Source of the DNA: an uncultured virus (IMG/VR IMGVR_UViG_2740892351_000003) | Lineage: Duplodnaviria; Heunggongvirae; Uroviricota; Caudoviricetes | Virus record (IMG/VR): IMGVR_UViG_2740892351_000003 | Location: 62,001-126,000 of that record | Reading direction: 5' to 3' (one strand) | DNA: 64,000 nt | Shown here: piece by piece, positions 49,229-59,900 of the stretch | How the letters are laid out: each line of letters starts with the position of its first letter | Numbering within the stretch: position 1 is the stretch's first letter | Notes under the pieces: model-generated | The model's database searches: none | What the model saw: the letters and a program-made list of their open reading frames with translations, nothing else | Told to the model about the DNA's origin: nothing | Translations under genes and position numbers: made by a program

Positions 49229-49975
49229 TTAATCATCCTCTTCTTTTTGTTTATTAAAAACATTTACAATATTAATAATAGCTTCTAATTCATCCGTATT
49301 CAGTTCTTGAGACTTTGAATATAGTGTATTTAGAAGATTGTCCTTTTCGATATCAAAATGTTCTATTTTTTCGACTTCAATAATTTCAGAATCCTGTACA
49401 TTATTTGATGATTCTATAGTATCCCTTATTAATAAACTATACTTTGATACATTATTGAATATAAACTCTCTTCTAGTATAAGCTTTTATACATTTATCAT
49501 CTAGCTCTATAGCTTTATTATAACATGCAACAGCTTTATCATATTCATTCATTTCAATAAATACATCTCCTAATGCAACATAAGTTTCAATAGATTTATA
49601 ATCTAATTCAATAGATTTTAAATAATGTTCAATAGATTTATCATATTCTTTTAATAGACTATATGTTAGACCTAAGAAGTTATGTATAGAGGCATCATTT
49701 GGATTTTTAGATAACAAATCTTTGCCAAGTGAAATGCCTTCTAAAAATTTACTGTTGTCCAAATCTTCGCTCATAATATCATTATAGTTTATATTTAGTG
49801 CATCACAAATTTTCTTTAGAATAGTCATATTTGGAATTCTTTTTTCATTTTCATAATTATATATAGCATTTTTTGAAAGACCTGATTCATTTGCTAACTC
49901 TTCTTGAGTCCAACCATTTAAAAGCCTATATCTTCTTATATTTTTTCCTATGTTACTTTTATCCATTTGTATCAC
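49229..49975 (-). CDS. XRE-HTH plus TPR regulator (second copy)
   Basis: IGKNIRRYRLLNGWTQEELANESGLSKNAIYNYEN; TPRs HNFLGLTYSLLKEYDKSIEHY. Confidence 0.88.
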   Translation of the reverse strand: MIQMDKSNIGKNIRRYRLLNGWTQEELANESGLSKNAIYNYENEKRIPNMTILKKICDALNINYNDIMSEDLDNSKFLEGISLGKDLLSKNPNDASIHNFLGLTYSLLKEYDKSIEHYLKSIELDYKSIETYVALGDVFIEMNEYDKAVACYNKAIELDDKCIKAYTRREFIFNNVSKYSLLIRDTIESSNNVQDSEIIEVEKIEHFDIEKDNLLNTLYSKSQELNTDELEAIINIVNVFNKQKEEDD

Positions 49976-50238
49976 TCCTTATATTAATTATACAACAAAA
50001 TCATACATTTGTAAAAATTATTCCTACAAAAAGGTTGAAAATAGTAAAAAATGGTATTATAATATAATCATACAATAATACAACGAATGTATGATTGCGT
50101 ATGGTTAATATAAAAAGGCTCTACAGACTTTGGCGAGTGGTAGAACCTTTTAAAGAGTTGATATAATCATCAACATAACTAATTTGATTATATCAACTTC
50201 TTATAAAAAATACAAATGTTAATATAAGGAGACTGGGT

Positions 50239-50577
50239 ATGAGTATAATCAAGGCTGTGGGAAGGTTTCAGGGGAATACTTTAGAAAGAAATGAGCAAAG
50301 AATTGAAATGATAAGGTTTGTAAAGCAAGATAGTAACTTATTAGTTATAATTAAGAAGTTCTTAGATAATGTAAGAGATTATAACTTGAAGAATGTAAGA
50401 TACATAATTGAAAATGAATTGTTCTTTGAGAGAGTTTCTATTGATGTCATATGTAGGTATATGGACTTATTGAATAGATGTGTTGATGTAGAAGATGACT
50501 TTGAAGAGATATATAAGTTGAAGGCAGAGGTAGGCTTTAGAAGGACTATGGATTGGTTATTTAGACAAGTACATTGA
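50239..50577 (+). CDS. hypothetical protein, YIIENELF family paralog 3
   Basis: NVRYIIENELFFERVS..GFRRTMDWL. Confidence 0.8.
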   Translation: MSIIKAVGRFQGNTLERNEQRIEMIRFVKQDSNLLVIIKKFLDNVRDYNLKNVRYIIENELFFERVSIDVICRYMDLLNRCVDVEDDFEEIYKLKAEVGFRRTMDWLFRQVH

Positions 50578-50629
50578 TATGTATGTTGTAAATATAATTT
50601 AATTTATTAGACTTGGAGAAGGTGAAATT

Positions 50630-52741
50630 GTGGTTAAAGATGTTAAGTTGAAGAAGGGTATGTGTAGAGATGAAGTTAATAGGTTGTTGAAGGAACATGA
50701 TGTTGATTTAGAGTTGGTTGATGAGATATATGGTGGAGTAGATTATAAATATAATTGGAGATGTGAGTGTGGAGAGGTATTTATAAGAACTTGGTATAAA
50801 ATTAAATCCAGAAAATCAATAAGATGTTTAAAATGTGTGAAGAATATTAAAGATGAATATGAAAATATATCAGAAGTACGTATATCTAAAGGTATGTCTA
50901 AAGATAGAGTTAATAAATTTATAGATAAGTGGTTATTATTGGCAGATGATATTTATTTAGGAAATAAATATAAGCACAATTGGAGATGTAAAGAATGTGG
51001 TAAAACTTTTGAGGCGAAGTGGTCGGACATTCAAGGAAAGTGGAAAAATTTAAAATGTAAAAGTTGCAAATATAACATGAAAGATTTTTATAATTCTATT
51101 CATGAAGTCGTATTAATAAAGAATATGAGTAAAGATGAAGTTAATAGATTAATTGGGAAATGGGTGTTATTAGAGGATAGTTTTTACAAAAACAATAGTT
51201 ATTCACATAAATGGAAATGCATAGAATGTGGGAAAGTATTTAAAAGGACTTGGAGTAGTATAAAATCAGGAAATAGAACTAAATGTGAAAATTGTAGATT
51301 AAATTTAAAGAGCTTTTATAATAATGTTTCTGATGTAAATTTAGTAAAGAATATGACTAAAGATGAAGTTAATAAGTTGATAGAAAAGTGGATATTGTTA
51401 GAAGATGATACTTACAAAAACAACAGTCATTTACATAATTGGAAATGCTTGGAATGTGGAGAAGTATTTAAAAGACGTTGGAATGATATTAAAAAAAATA
51501 ATAGGATAGAGTGCAAAAATCATAAAAATGAAAATAAATATAAATATGAAGTTGAAAAAACTGGAGAATACGAATATATAAGACGTTTTAGAACAGGAGA
51601 AGTGCTACCTAATGGCAAAATAGCAAAAGCTCCTTATATTCAAATAAAACATAAATTTTGTGAAAGTATTTATGAAGTATCAGCGAACTCTTTTATAAAT
51701 ATGAAACAGAGATGCCCTAAATGTTGTGGTTCGTATGAAAATTCATTTGCATATTACATTGAAAAAGAATTAGAAGAGTCACTAGAAAAATATTGGGATT
51801 TTGAAAAGAATATAGCCAACCCATATCATATTAGTAAGAATAAAAGCAATAAAAATTCAAAGGGAGAAGATACCAGAGTATGGATTAAATGTCAGAACAA
51901 AGATTATCATGGTAGTTACATAACTTCAACTCATAGTTTTGTTAGAGGAAGTAGATGTCCTTATTGTGCTTCAAAAAAAATTCATGTAAAAGATTCCTTT
52001 GTTCAATATCATATAGAAAATACAGATAAGAATTTTATAAAAAAATATTGGGATTTTGATAAAAACACAATTGATTTTTTTTGTTTAAGCAAGAATACTA
52101 TAGAAAGGGTCTGGATTAAATGTCAGAACAAAGATTATCATGGTAGTTATAGTGTAGATTGTGATAGTTTTACTAGAGGTAGTAGATGCCCTTATTGTAG
52201 TGGAAAAAGAGTTAATTTTAAAGACTCATTTGGATATAATTATTTTGATATGGCTCAATCGTGGAGTCTAAGTAATAGTATAAGTCCATTTAAAGTAATG
52301 CAAACTAGTGGGAAGAAGTATAAATTTATATGTCCTAAATGTGGAAATGAATTTTCAAGAAGATTAGCAGATGTAGGAGAAAAGGGGTGTATATGTCCTA
52401 AATGCTCTAAAAGTAAAGGAGAAAAAAGAGTAGAACAGTATCTTATAAATAATAATATTAAATATAAAGATGAAGTAAAATTCAAATCTCTAGTTAGTAA
52501 TTTAGGGAATCCTTTGAGATATGATTTTTATTTAATAGATTATAATATTTTGATAGAGTATGATGGAGAATTTCATTTTAAGGAGTACTTTGAAGGTCAA
52601 AAATTTAATAAAAACTTATTACATGACAAAATGAAAAATGATTATGCTAAAGAAAAAAATATAAAGCTTATAAGAATTCCTTATTGGGATTTTGATAATA
52701 TAGAAGAAATATTAGATAGGGAGATAAGAAGTCTACTTTAG
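50630..52741 (+). CDS. Multi-zinc-ribbon protein with C-terminal Vsr/DUF559-like nuclease (homing-endonuclease-like)
   Basis: Four ~75-aa repeats (WxCxECGxxF..W), repeated WIKCQNKDYHGSY..CPYC units, C-terminal SKGE..YDFYL..IEYDGEFH..HDKMKNDYA..LIRIPYW. Confidence 0.8.
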   Translation: MVKDVKLKKGMCRDEVNRLLKEHDVDLELVDEIYGGVDYKYNWRCECGEVFIRTWYKIKSRKSIRCLKCVKNIKDEYENISEVRISKGMSKDRVNKFIDKWLLLADDIYLGNKYKHNWRCKECGKTFEAKWSDIQGKWKNLKCKSCKYNMKDFYNSIHEVVLIKNMSKDEVNRLIGKWVLLEDSFYKNNSYSHKWKCIECGKVFKRTWSSIKSGNRTKCENCRLNLKSFYNNVSDVNLVKNMTKDEVNKLIEKWILLEDDTYKNNSHLHNWKCLECGEVFKRRWNDIKKNNRIECKNHKNENKYKYEVEKTGEYEYIRRFRTGEVLPNGKIAKAPYIQIKHKFCESIYEVSANSFINMKQRCPKCCGSYENSFAYYIEKELEESLEKYWDFEKNIANPYHISKNKSNKNSKGEDTRVWIKCQNKDYHGSYITSTHSFVRGSRCPYCASKKIHVKDSFVQYHIENTDKNFIKKYWDFDKNTIDFFCLSKNTIERVWIKCQNKDYHGSYSVDCDSFTRGSRCPYCSGKRVNFKDSFGYNYFDMAQSWSLSNSISPFKVMQTSGKKYKFICPKCGNEFSRRLADVGEKGCICPKCSKSKGEKRVEQYLINNNIKYKDEVKFKSLVSNLGNPLRYDFYLIDYNILIEYDGEFHFKEYFEGQKFNKNLLHDKMKNDYAKEKNIKLIRIPYWDFDNIEEILDREIRSLL

Positions 52742-52818
52742 GTAGGCTTTTTATTTGTAGTATAAATTTTCTTTTAGACTTGATATAATTAAAATATCAG
52801 AGCATGAGGGGGAATATT

Positions 52819-53874
52819 ATGTTTAAAAAGATATTGTTGATTGGACTTGTAAGTATACTAGGATTTGGAGTTATTGGATGTAGTGATAGCAAAGAAGAAA
52901 AAGTAGATTATGATTATTATAATTCAAGTACATCATTAGCGTTTAAAGATGGTTTAGCTCGTGTAAAAGTTGGAGATAAGTGGGGGTTTATTGATAAAGA
53001 AGGTAATGAGGTTATAAAACCTCAATTTGATAATGCTGAACATTTTTTTGAAGGATTAGCTGTTATAGAGAAGGATGGTAAGTGGGGGTACATAGATAAA
53101 AATGGAGATATAGTTGTAAAACTACAGTTTGACTATGCTAAATCATTTAGTGAAGGATTAGCTGGGGTTGAAATAAATGATAAATCTGGTTATATAGATA
53201 AGACTGGAGAGATGATAATAGAACCACAATTTGATTATGTTAATGAGTTTAGTGAAGGTTTAGCTAATGTTTCAAAGAAAAATGAACATGGATATATAGA
53301 TAAAAAAGGAAATCTTGTTATTGATTATCAATTCAATGAAATTAGTGGTGAATTTAATGAAGGATTAGCATATGCAATGATTGAGGATGGTAATCGTGAA
53401 TATATAGATAAAGAAGGAAATATTTCTATTCAACCTAAATTTAAAGAAGCGGATAATTTTAATGAAGGATTAGCTAGAGTTAAAACAGATGATAAATACG
53501 TATATATAGATAAAACTGGTAAAACAGTTTTAAAACCAAAATACAATTATCTAGGAAGTTTTAAAGATGGATTAGCACCAGTAGGTATGAATGATAAGTA
53601 TGGATATATAGATAAAAAGGGGAACACAGTAATAGAACCCAAATTTGATTATGTTAAAGAATTTAGTGAAGATTTATCAGAAGTCAAAATGAGTGATAAA
53701 TGGGGATACATAAACAAAAAAGGTGATGTTGTTATAAACCCAAGATTTGATGAGTCTAATCCATTTAAAGAAGGATTGGCATTTGTTTTAAAAGATGGAA
53801 AATGGGGAGCTATAGATAAAGAGGGGAAAGTTATTATAGACTTTAAGTATTCAGACGAGGATTTGAAAAATTAA
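52819..53874 (+). CDS. WG-repeat lipoprotein
   Basis: Lipobox VIGC after a signal peptide; about seven F.EGLA.V...KWGYIDK.G repeats. Confidence 0.9.
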   Translation: MFKKILLIGLVSILGFGVIGCSDSKEEKVDYDYYNSSTSLAFKDGLARVKVGDKWGFIDKEGNEVIKPQFDNAEHFFEGLAVIEKDGKWGYIDKNGDIVVKLQFDYAKSFSEGLAGVEINDKSGYIDKTGEMIIEPQFDYVNEFSEGLANVSKKNEHGYIDKKGNLVIDYQFNEISGEFNEGLAYAMIEDGNREYIDKEGNISIQPKFKEADNFNEGLARVKTDDKYVYIDKTGKTVLKPKYNYLGSFKDGLAPVGMNDKYGYIDKKGNTVIEPKFDYVKEFSEDLSEVKMSDKWGYINKKGDVVINPRFDESNPFKEGLAFVLKDGKWGAIDKEGKVIIDFKYSDEDLKN

Positions 53875-53893
53875 ATAATAGTGAATGATTTTG

Positions 53894-53918
53894 GACAGTC
53901 AATTGACTGTCTTTTTTT
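53894..53918 (+). terminator. intrinsic terminator after the WG lipoprotein gene
   Basis: GACAGTC-AATT-GACTGTC-TTTTTTT. Confidence 0.7.
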
Positions 53919-53941
53919 ATACAAAAAAAGGAGTTGAGTAG

Positions 53942-56900
53942 ATGGCTGAAGAGTTTAAGATTAAGACCAGTATTGAGCTTGATGACAAAGAAGCTAGAGA
54001 AAAAATAGAGAAATTAAAAAATAGTGGTCAAGATAAACCTATTAAATTAAATTTGAAAATAGGTGAATTAGATAAGTTATCACAACAAGCAGAGCAATTA
54101 AAAGGGATATTCAATAAAGCTTTTAAGATTGATAATACTGCTTTGAGCAACTTAAAGCAAATTGAATCTACTATGAAAGAAATAAATAAACTAAGTAGAA
54201 GAAGTCAAGAGAGCTTACTTGGTGGTGGCTTTGGAAACACAGGAAATATAAATAATGAACAGCAAGATTTAATAAGACAATATAAAGAAATCTCAAATGT
54301 TGTATCTAGACTTCAAAATCAGATGAGAACAGGTCTAGGAGATAGTTCAATTGAAAGAACAACAGAACAAATTGAAAGATTAAAAAGACAATTAGATTCA
54401 GTGTATGCACAAATGAATTCATCATCTCAAGCTAGAATGGATATGTTTGATGCTTCAAGAGCAACAAGAGATTTAGCTGATATGAATAGAAATCTTTCAA
54501 GAATAGAAGATATGGCAACACAAGCATCTGCTAGGCTTAATGGATTAGGCGATAATATAGATACAGATAAAGTAAATAGACTTAGGAATGAGTTACAAGA
54601 ATTAAAACAGACAGCTAGTAGAAATATAGATTTAAATCTTGATGTAGGTAATATAGTTAATAGAATACAAGAGATAAATCAAGAAGTTAGAAATTTAGAA
54701 AGAGTTGATAGCTTAAGGTCTAATTTCAGTAGAATAGAAGATTCTATTAGACAGGCATTTGGGCATGAGAGAGTTGAAGCTTTTAGACGTTCTTTAGAGC
54801 AACTTCAAGGTTCGGCAGGAAATCTAAATGGTGATTTTAACAATATATTTGATAGACTAACAAGAGAAATGAGAGATGCGAGACAAGAAGCTGAAAGATT
54901 AAATAATACAGTTTCAAAGGGTGGAGGGTTTTTTAATGATTTCTATTCATCTATAGCATCCTATTCTATTGGAGATATGTTGGGCGATGCTTTAACTGAC
55001 GGAATTAGGTCTATGAAAGATGTTATATTAGAGCTTGATAGCTCTATGACTGACCTTAAAAAGGTTGCAGAACCAACAGATATTGATAGCACATCTGAGT
55101 TAGATAAGATAAGGGAAAAAGCAATACAAACAGCTAAAGATGTAGGAATGAGTGCATCACAAGTTCAAGAATCAATAGCATCTTCTTTACAAGCAGGAAT
55201 TGGAGGTATGCAAGAAAGTATTGCTGCTGCAAGACAATCAATGATACTTGCCAATGTAGGGGACATGGATGTTGAAGGTGCTTCTTCAGCAGTAAACACA
55301 ATAATAAATGGATTTAGAATTGAACCTTTAAAAGAAATGCAAGTGCAGGTTGGAAATACTACAAAGAAAACAACAGAATTAACTGCTGCAATGGATATGC
55401 TAAATTGTTTGGCGTGTTAGATAGAAATATCTAATATTATGAGGGGGCAAAATCGGTGAAGGCTGAGATGCTACCACCGAGGTAAATTAAAGAATTAAAA
55501 AACTTTAATCACCGTAACGCATAGGAAATGAACCTATGCTATTTTTATGTTTAAAATAGTATAGAATATAATTTTCCCACGAGTGTCCTCCATCTTAACA
55601 GATAGTGCTGAAGATGAAAATATATGCTGAACTTACATGAATAAGAAATGTAAGAACTACAAGATAAAAAGCTTGTAGGATAACAATTTGAAACTATGCA
55701 GGAAATAATTATGCAATTGGAACAGCAGGTGTTGCCGAAGCGATTAATTTTAGTCGCCTTATATAGTAATATATAATGATAAACTCCTTTAACTGCTGGA
55801 AACTCCTGTTAGGCTTTTAGTACTAAGTGTAACAATCTAAAAGATAGGGACAATCAGCAGCCAAGACTCAATAGAGTAAGGTTCAACGACTAGGTTATAA
55901 ACCGTACATATCAAGCTATTGGATATGGAAATGGGGAGCATCCTTATAGGATGAAGATATAGTCTCGTCTGTATGGAAACATATAGCAGTTCATAAGAGA
56001 ACGGATTAAGTGTAGCGAACTTAATTGAAGATAAACGGAAACGTGGAGGTAGTGTACTTCATGAGTATGGTGTCAGTTTAGGTGACACAGTGGGTATGAT
56101 AACAGCAACAAATGAGGCTATACAAAATCCAGAAAAAGTAGGTAAATTTAAATTGCCGTCTTAGTTCAACAATCATAGAAGAATTAGGATTATTAATGGG
56201 AAAGAAACGGGAAAGCTTTAAAATGCCAATCCGAGTGGAAGGCTAATTTTAAAAGATTAGTCACACGCAACGCATAGAGATTGAAACTAGAAATAGAATA
56301 TAATATCTCCAAGAGTTCCCATTTGCTTTATGATTTAATTATAAGTAAAAAAGGTATGCTAGACTGGACTTGAAATGACAAGTCGATGAAAATGAGGGAA
56401 ACCTCCAGAGCAGTAGATAAAAAGCTACTGGTTAATAACAATCGAATGGTTTAAAAAGTGTCGCAATAAATTTAGCAGGTATGAAGGTTTCAGCTGATGA
56501 TGGTACACTTTCTTTAAATAAAACTGCAAAAGGTTTAAAGGAAATAGCTGGAATAACTATTTATAAAAATAAAGATACTGGTGAATTGAAGAATATGGTT
56601 CAACTCTTAGATGAGTTGAAAGGCAAATGGGGAGAACTCAGAGAGGATGAACAAAAAGGATTGGCTGAAGCAATAGCAGGTAAGCAACAAGCAGCTATAT
56701 TCCAATCCTTAATGGGTAATTATGAGACTTTTAAAGAAATAAGAAGTGAATTTTCACAAGGATTACAATTTGGTTCGGCTGAGGCTGAAAACAAACAATA
56801 TTTAGATAGTCTTGCAGGGCGTTTAAATGAGTTGAAAACAATATGGGCAGATATATTCCAAACTGTATTTAATTCAAATACAACATATGGATTTTTAGAT

Positions 56901-59900
56901 GGTTTAATATCTGTATCTAATGGAATAAATAGTGTTATAAAAACATTAGAAAGATTAAAATTAACAACACCAGCATTAATAGGAAGTTTTATGACTTTAA
57001 AAACGTTATTCTCTGGTATGGGAATGACAAATGGTACTAGAAATGTGGCTAGACTTATAAATCCTTTAAATATGATAGGAACTCCTATTAAAGCTACAAC
57101 TACAATACTACAATCATTTAGACATGCAGTAATGGCAGCAAATGTAGCTGGTGCTAATGGAGCAAATGTAATTACTAGAGCAGGAACAGGTTTGGGAGCA
57201 TTAAGACAAAGTTTATCTAGGACTTCTATTGGTATTGGAACATTAAATATAGCAACAAGTTTGTTAAATGGAGCTATGATAGGTTTAGCTACTTTTGCTA
57301 TATCTAAGGGGATACAATGGATAGATGATACTATTCATAAATATGAAAAACTAGCAGAGAAGCAAAAAGAAGTTATTGGAACTACTACAAGTGAGATAAG
57401 CTCTTTGCAACAGAAGAAAAAGAGTTTAGAGGGTATATCAGAGGAGTACAATAATTTAGCTAGTAAAACCGAAAAAACTGCTGATGAAACTGCTAGATTT
57501 AGTGAACTTAAACAACAAATTGCAGATATAGCACCAGAATTAGTATTGGGTGTAGATGAGAATAATGACCCTATTCTAAATATGAGTGGTAACTTAGATG
57601 AGGTCATTAATAAATTAAGAAAGGCTATAGAAGAAAAAAATAAACTTTTAAAGTCTCAAGAAGATGAACTTGCAATAACTACATCAAAGACTGCACCAAA
57701 TACAAAAAAAGACCTTGATAAAGAAAAGAAAAAACTTGACAAAGTTCTTGAAGATGAGAATAATTTATTTAAAAATGCTTTAAGTAAATCTAATTTTAAA
57801 GAACAAACAGAAGCATTAAAAAAGGCTTACAACCAACAAGAAACTGATTTTGCAGAACATCATCAAAACCTTCTTACTGAATATGAAAAATATAATGAAG
57901 AAGAAGAGGTAATGCAAAAAAGGGCAATTAATAGATTAACTAATTCTGATATATCTAAAACATATGCTAAGCAATCTGAACAAAAGAAAAGTAAAATGAA
58001 TGAGCTTGTGGCTAATATGAATTGGCATGACTATAGTGTAGGACAACAGAATAGTATTATAAGTGCTTTTGATAAAATAAGTCAGTCAATTCCTGTTGAA
58101 AAATTAGACCAGTGGAATAAGAAGATAACTGATGCCAATACAAATTATCAAGCATCTGGCGATATGAACCAATATACTAAAGAGTTACAAGGTTTAGCAA
58201 ATGAACTTCAAAAACTAAGTGGAGGAAGTATAAGTGCTGATACATGGCTTGTTGGATTACAACAAGGCTTCTATGGATTAGATTTAGCTAGTGTAAAATT
58301 ACATACTTTCTTGAAAAGTTATGGTTCGTCTTTAGCTGAATTTGAGAATAAAGACAGTCTTGCAATAAAGCTTAAAAATCAATTTGATGCATTAAATGAT
58401 TTTTCTCAAGATTTAGAAGTCAATGGTAAAATCAATGTAAAACTGCTTGAAGATATACAAAGTGGAGAAGATGGTCAAGATTTACCACAACAATTAAAAG
58501 AATTTATAAATGGAATAATGGCTGATGGTGATGCTCCAATTGAAGCTGAATCAGAACTGCTTCTTCAAATTACTACTAAAATTGAAAATGAAGGGCAATT
58601 ATCAAATGATGTTGTTGAAAAGTTAAACAGACTTTTTAAAGGTGAATTAACTCCATTAGAAATAGGTGATGGATTAAAAATCAGTGATGATTTACCTCCA
58701 TTATCAAAAGAAATGGTTCAAGCATTAAATGATAAATATAAAGAAGAATTTAAAAAGAATAAAGTTGCACCTGAAATTACCCCTAGTGTCAATGGAAAAA
58801 AAGCTAAAAAAGAATTAAAAGAATTAGAACAATTCAAAAAAAACACATTTAAATCAGATAAAATTGTGACTGAAATTAATAATAAAGGACTAGATTTCGC
58901 AAAAAAAGACTTGAGTGTATTAAAAGAACAGTTGGATAGATTTAAAAATGAAGATACAAAGTTGTCTTTTACTACAGATTGTGCAGATGCTTTTAAAGAT
59001 GTAAATTCTTTAGAGGAAGCTAGAAAAAAAATATCTGCTCCAATGAGTTTAAAATATGATATAGATGTAGATAAAAAAGGATTGACTGAAGCAAAAAAAG
59101 TCTATGATATTTTACCTGATAATCTCAAAAAAAAGATAGAAACAGAAGTAATAGGTATAGATAAATTAGACACATTACAAAACTTAATAGATAAAGCTCC
59201 AAATAAAAAAGAAACTATATTTGAAATAATTAATAAAAATCCAGATAAACTAAATGAGATAGATGAAATTCTTAATAATGTTCCAAATGATAAAAAGGAA
59301 GCTGTTATTGATTTTATAGTAAACAATTTAGACCAACTTGAAAAAGCTAAAAATGTACAAGAATTAATAAACAGTCTACCTCCAGAAATAAAAAAACAAC
59401 TTGGAATAGAAGTTGAAGGAGGAGAAAATGCAGAGAAAACTGTTAATACAGTTCAAAATGCAGATGGAACTAAGGCTGACCTTTTAGTAAATGCAGAAGT
59501 AAATGGAGAATCACAAGTAGTTGAATGCATAGAAACATTAGATAAGAATGGGAATAAAACATACACTCCTAATTTGAATCCTCAAGTTAATAATAGTGAA
59601 AAAGTTGTTCAGTGCATGAGAATATTAGATGAATATGGAAATGAATCTTATATTCCAATTGTAAGTCCTCAAGTTACTAATGAAGAAGGGCTTAACAGTA
59701 CTAAACAAAAAATGGATGAGTTAGATAATAAAACAGTAACTTCAACTGTACAAATAAAGACAGAAGGAGAAACTGAAGTTGAACAAGCAACCAATTTTAT
59801 AGAAAATACAAATCCAACTAAGGTTATTGAGTTATCCATAAACAACTCTGGTAAAGATGAAATTGACAATACAAAACAAAAGTTAGATGAACTTAATAAT

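Noticed and set aside
46562..49975. Arbitrium/RRNPP quorum-sensing system
   Set aside because: The TPR regions are short and no adjacent signal-peptide-bearing small ORF was found; kept only as a hypothesis.
50630..53874. Internal repeats as a diversity-generating retroelement template/variable pair
   Set aside because: The repeats are in-frame protein domain repeats, with no reverse transcriptase and no obvious adenine-specific variation.
55421..56480. Tape measure gene as a broken pseudogene or two separate genes
   Set aside because: The gap is fully explained by three group I introns that restore the reading frame.
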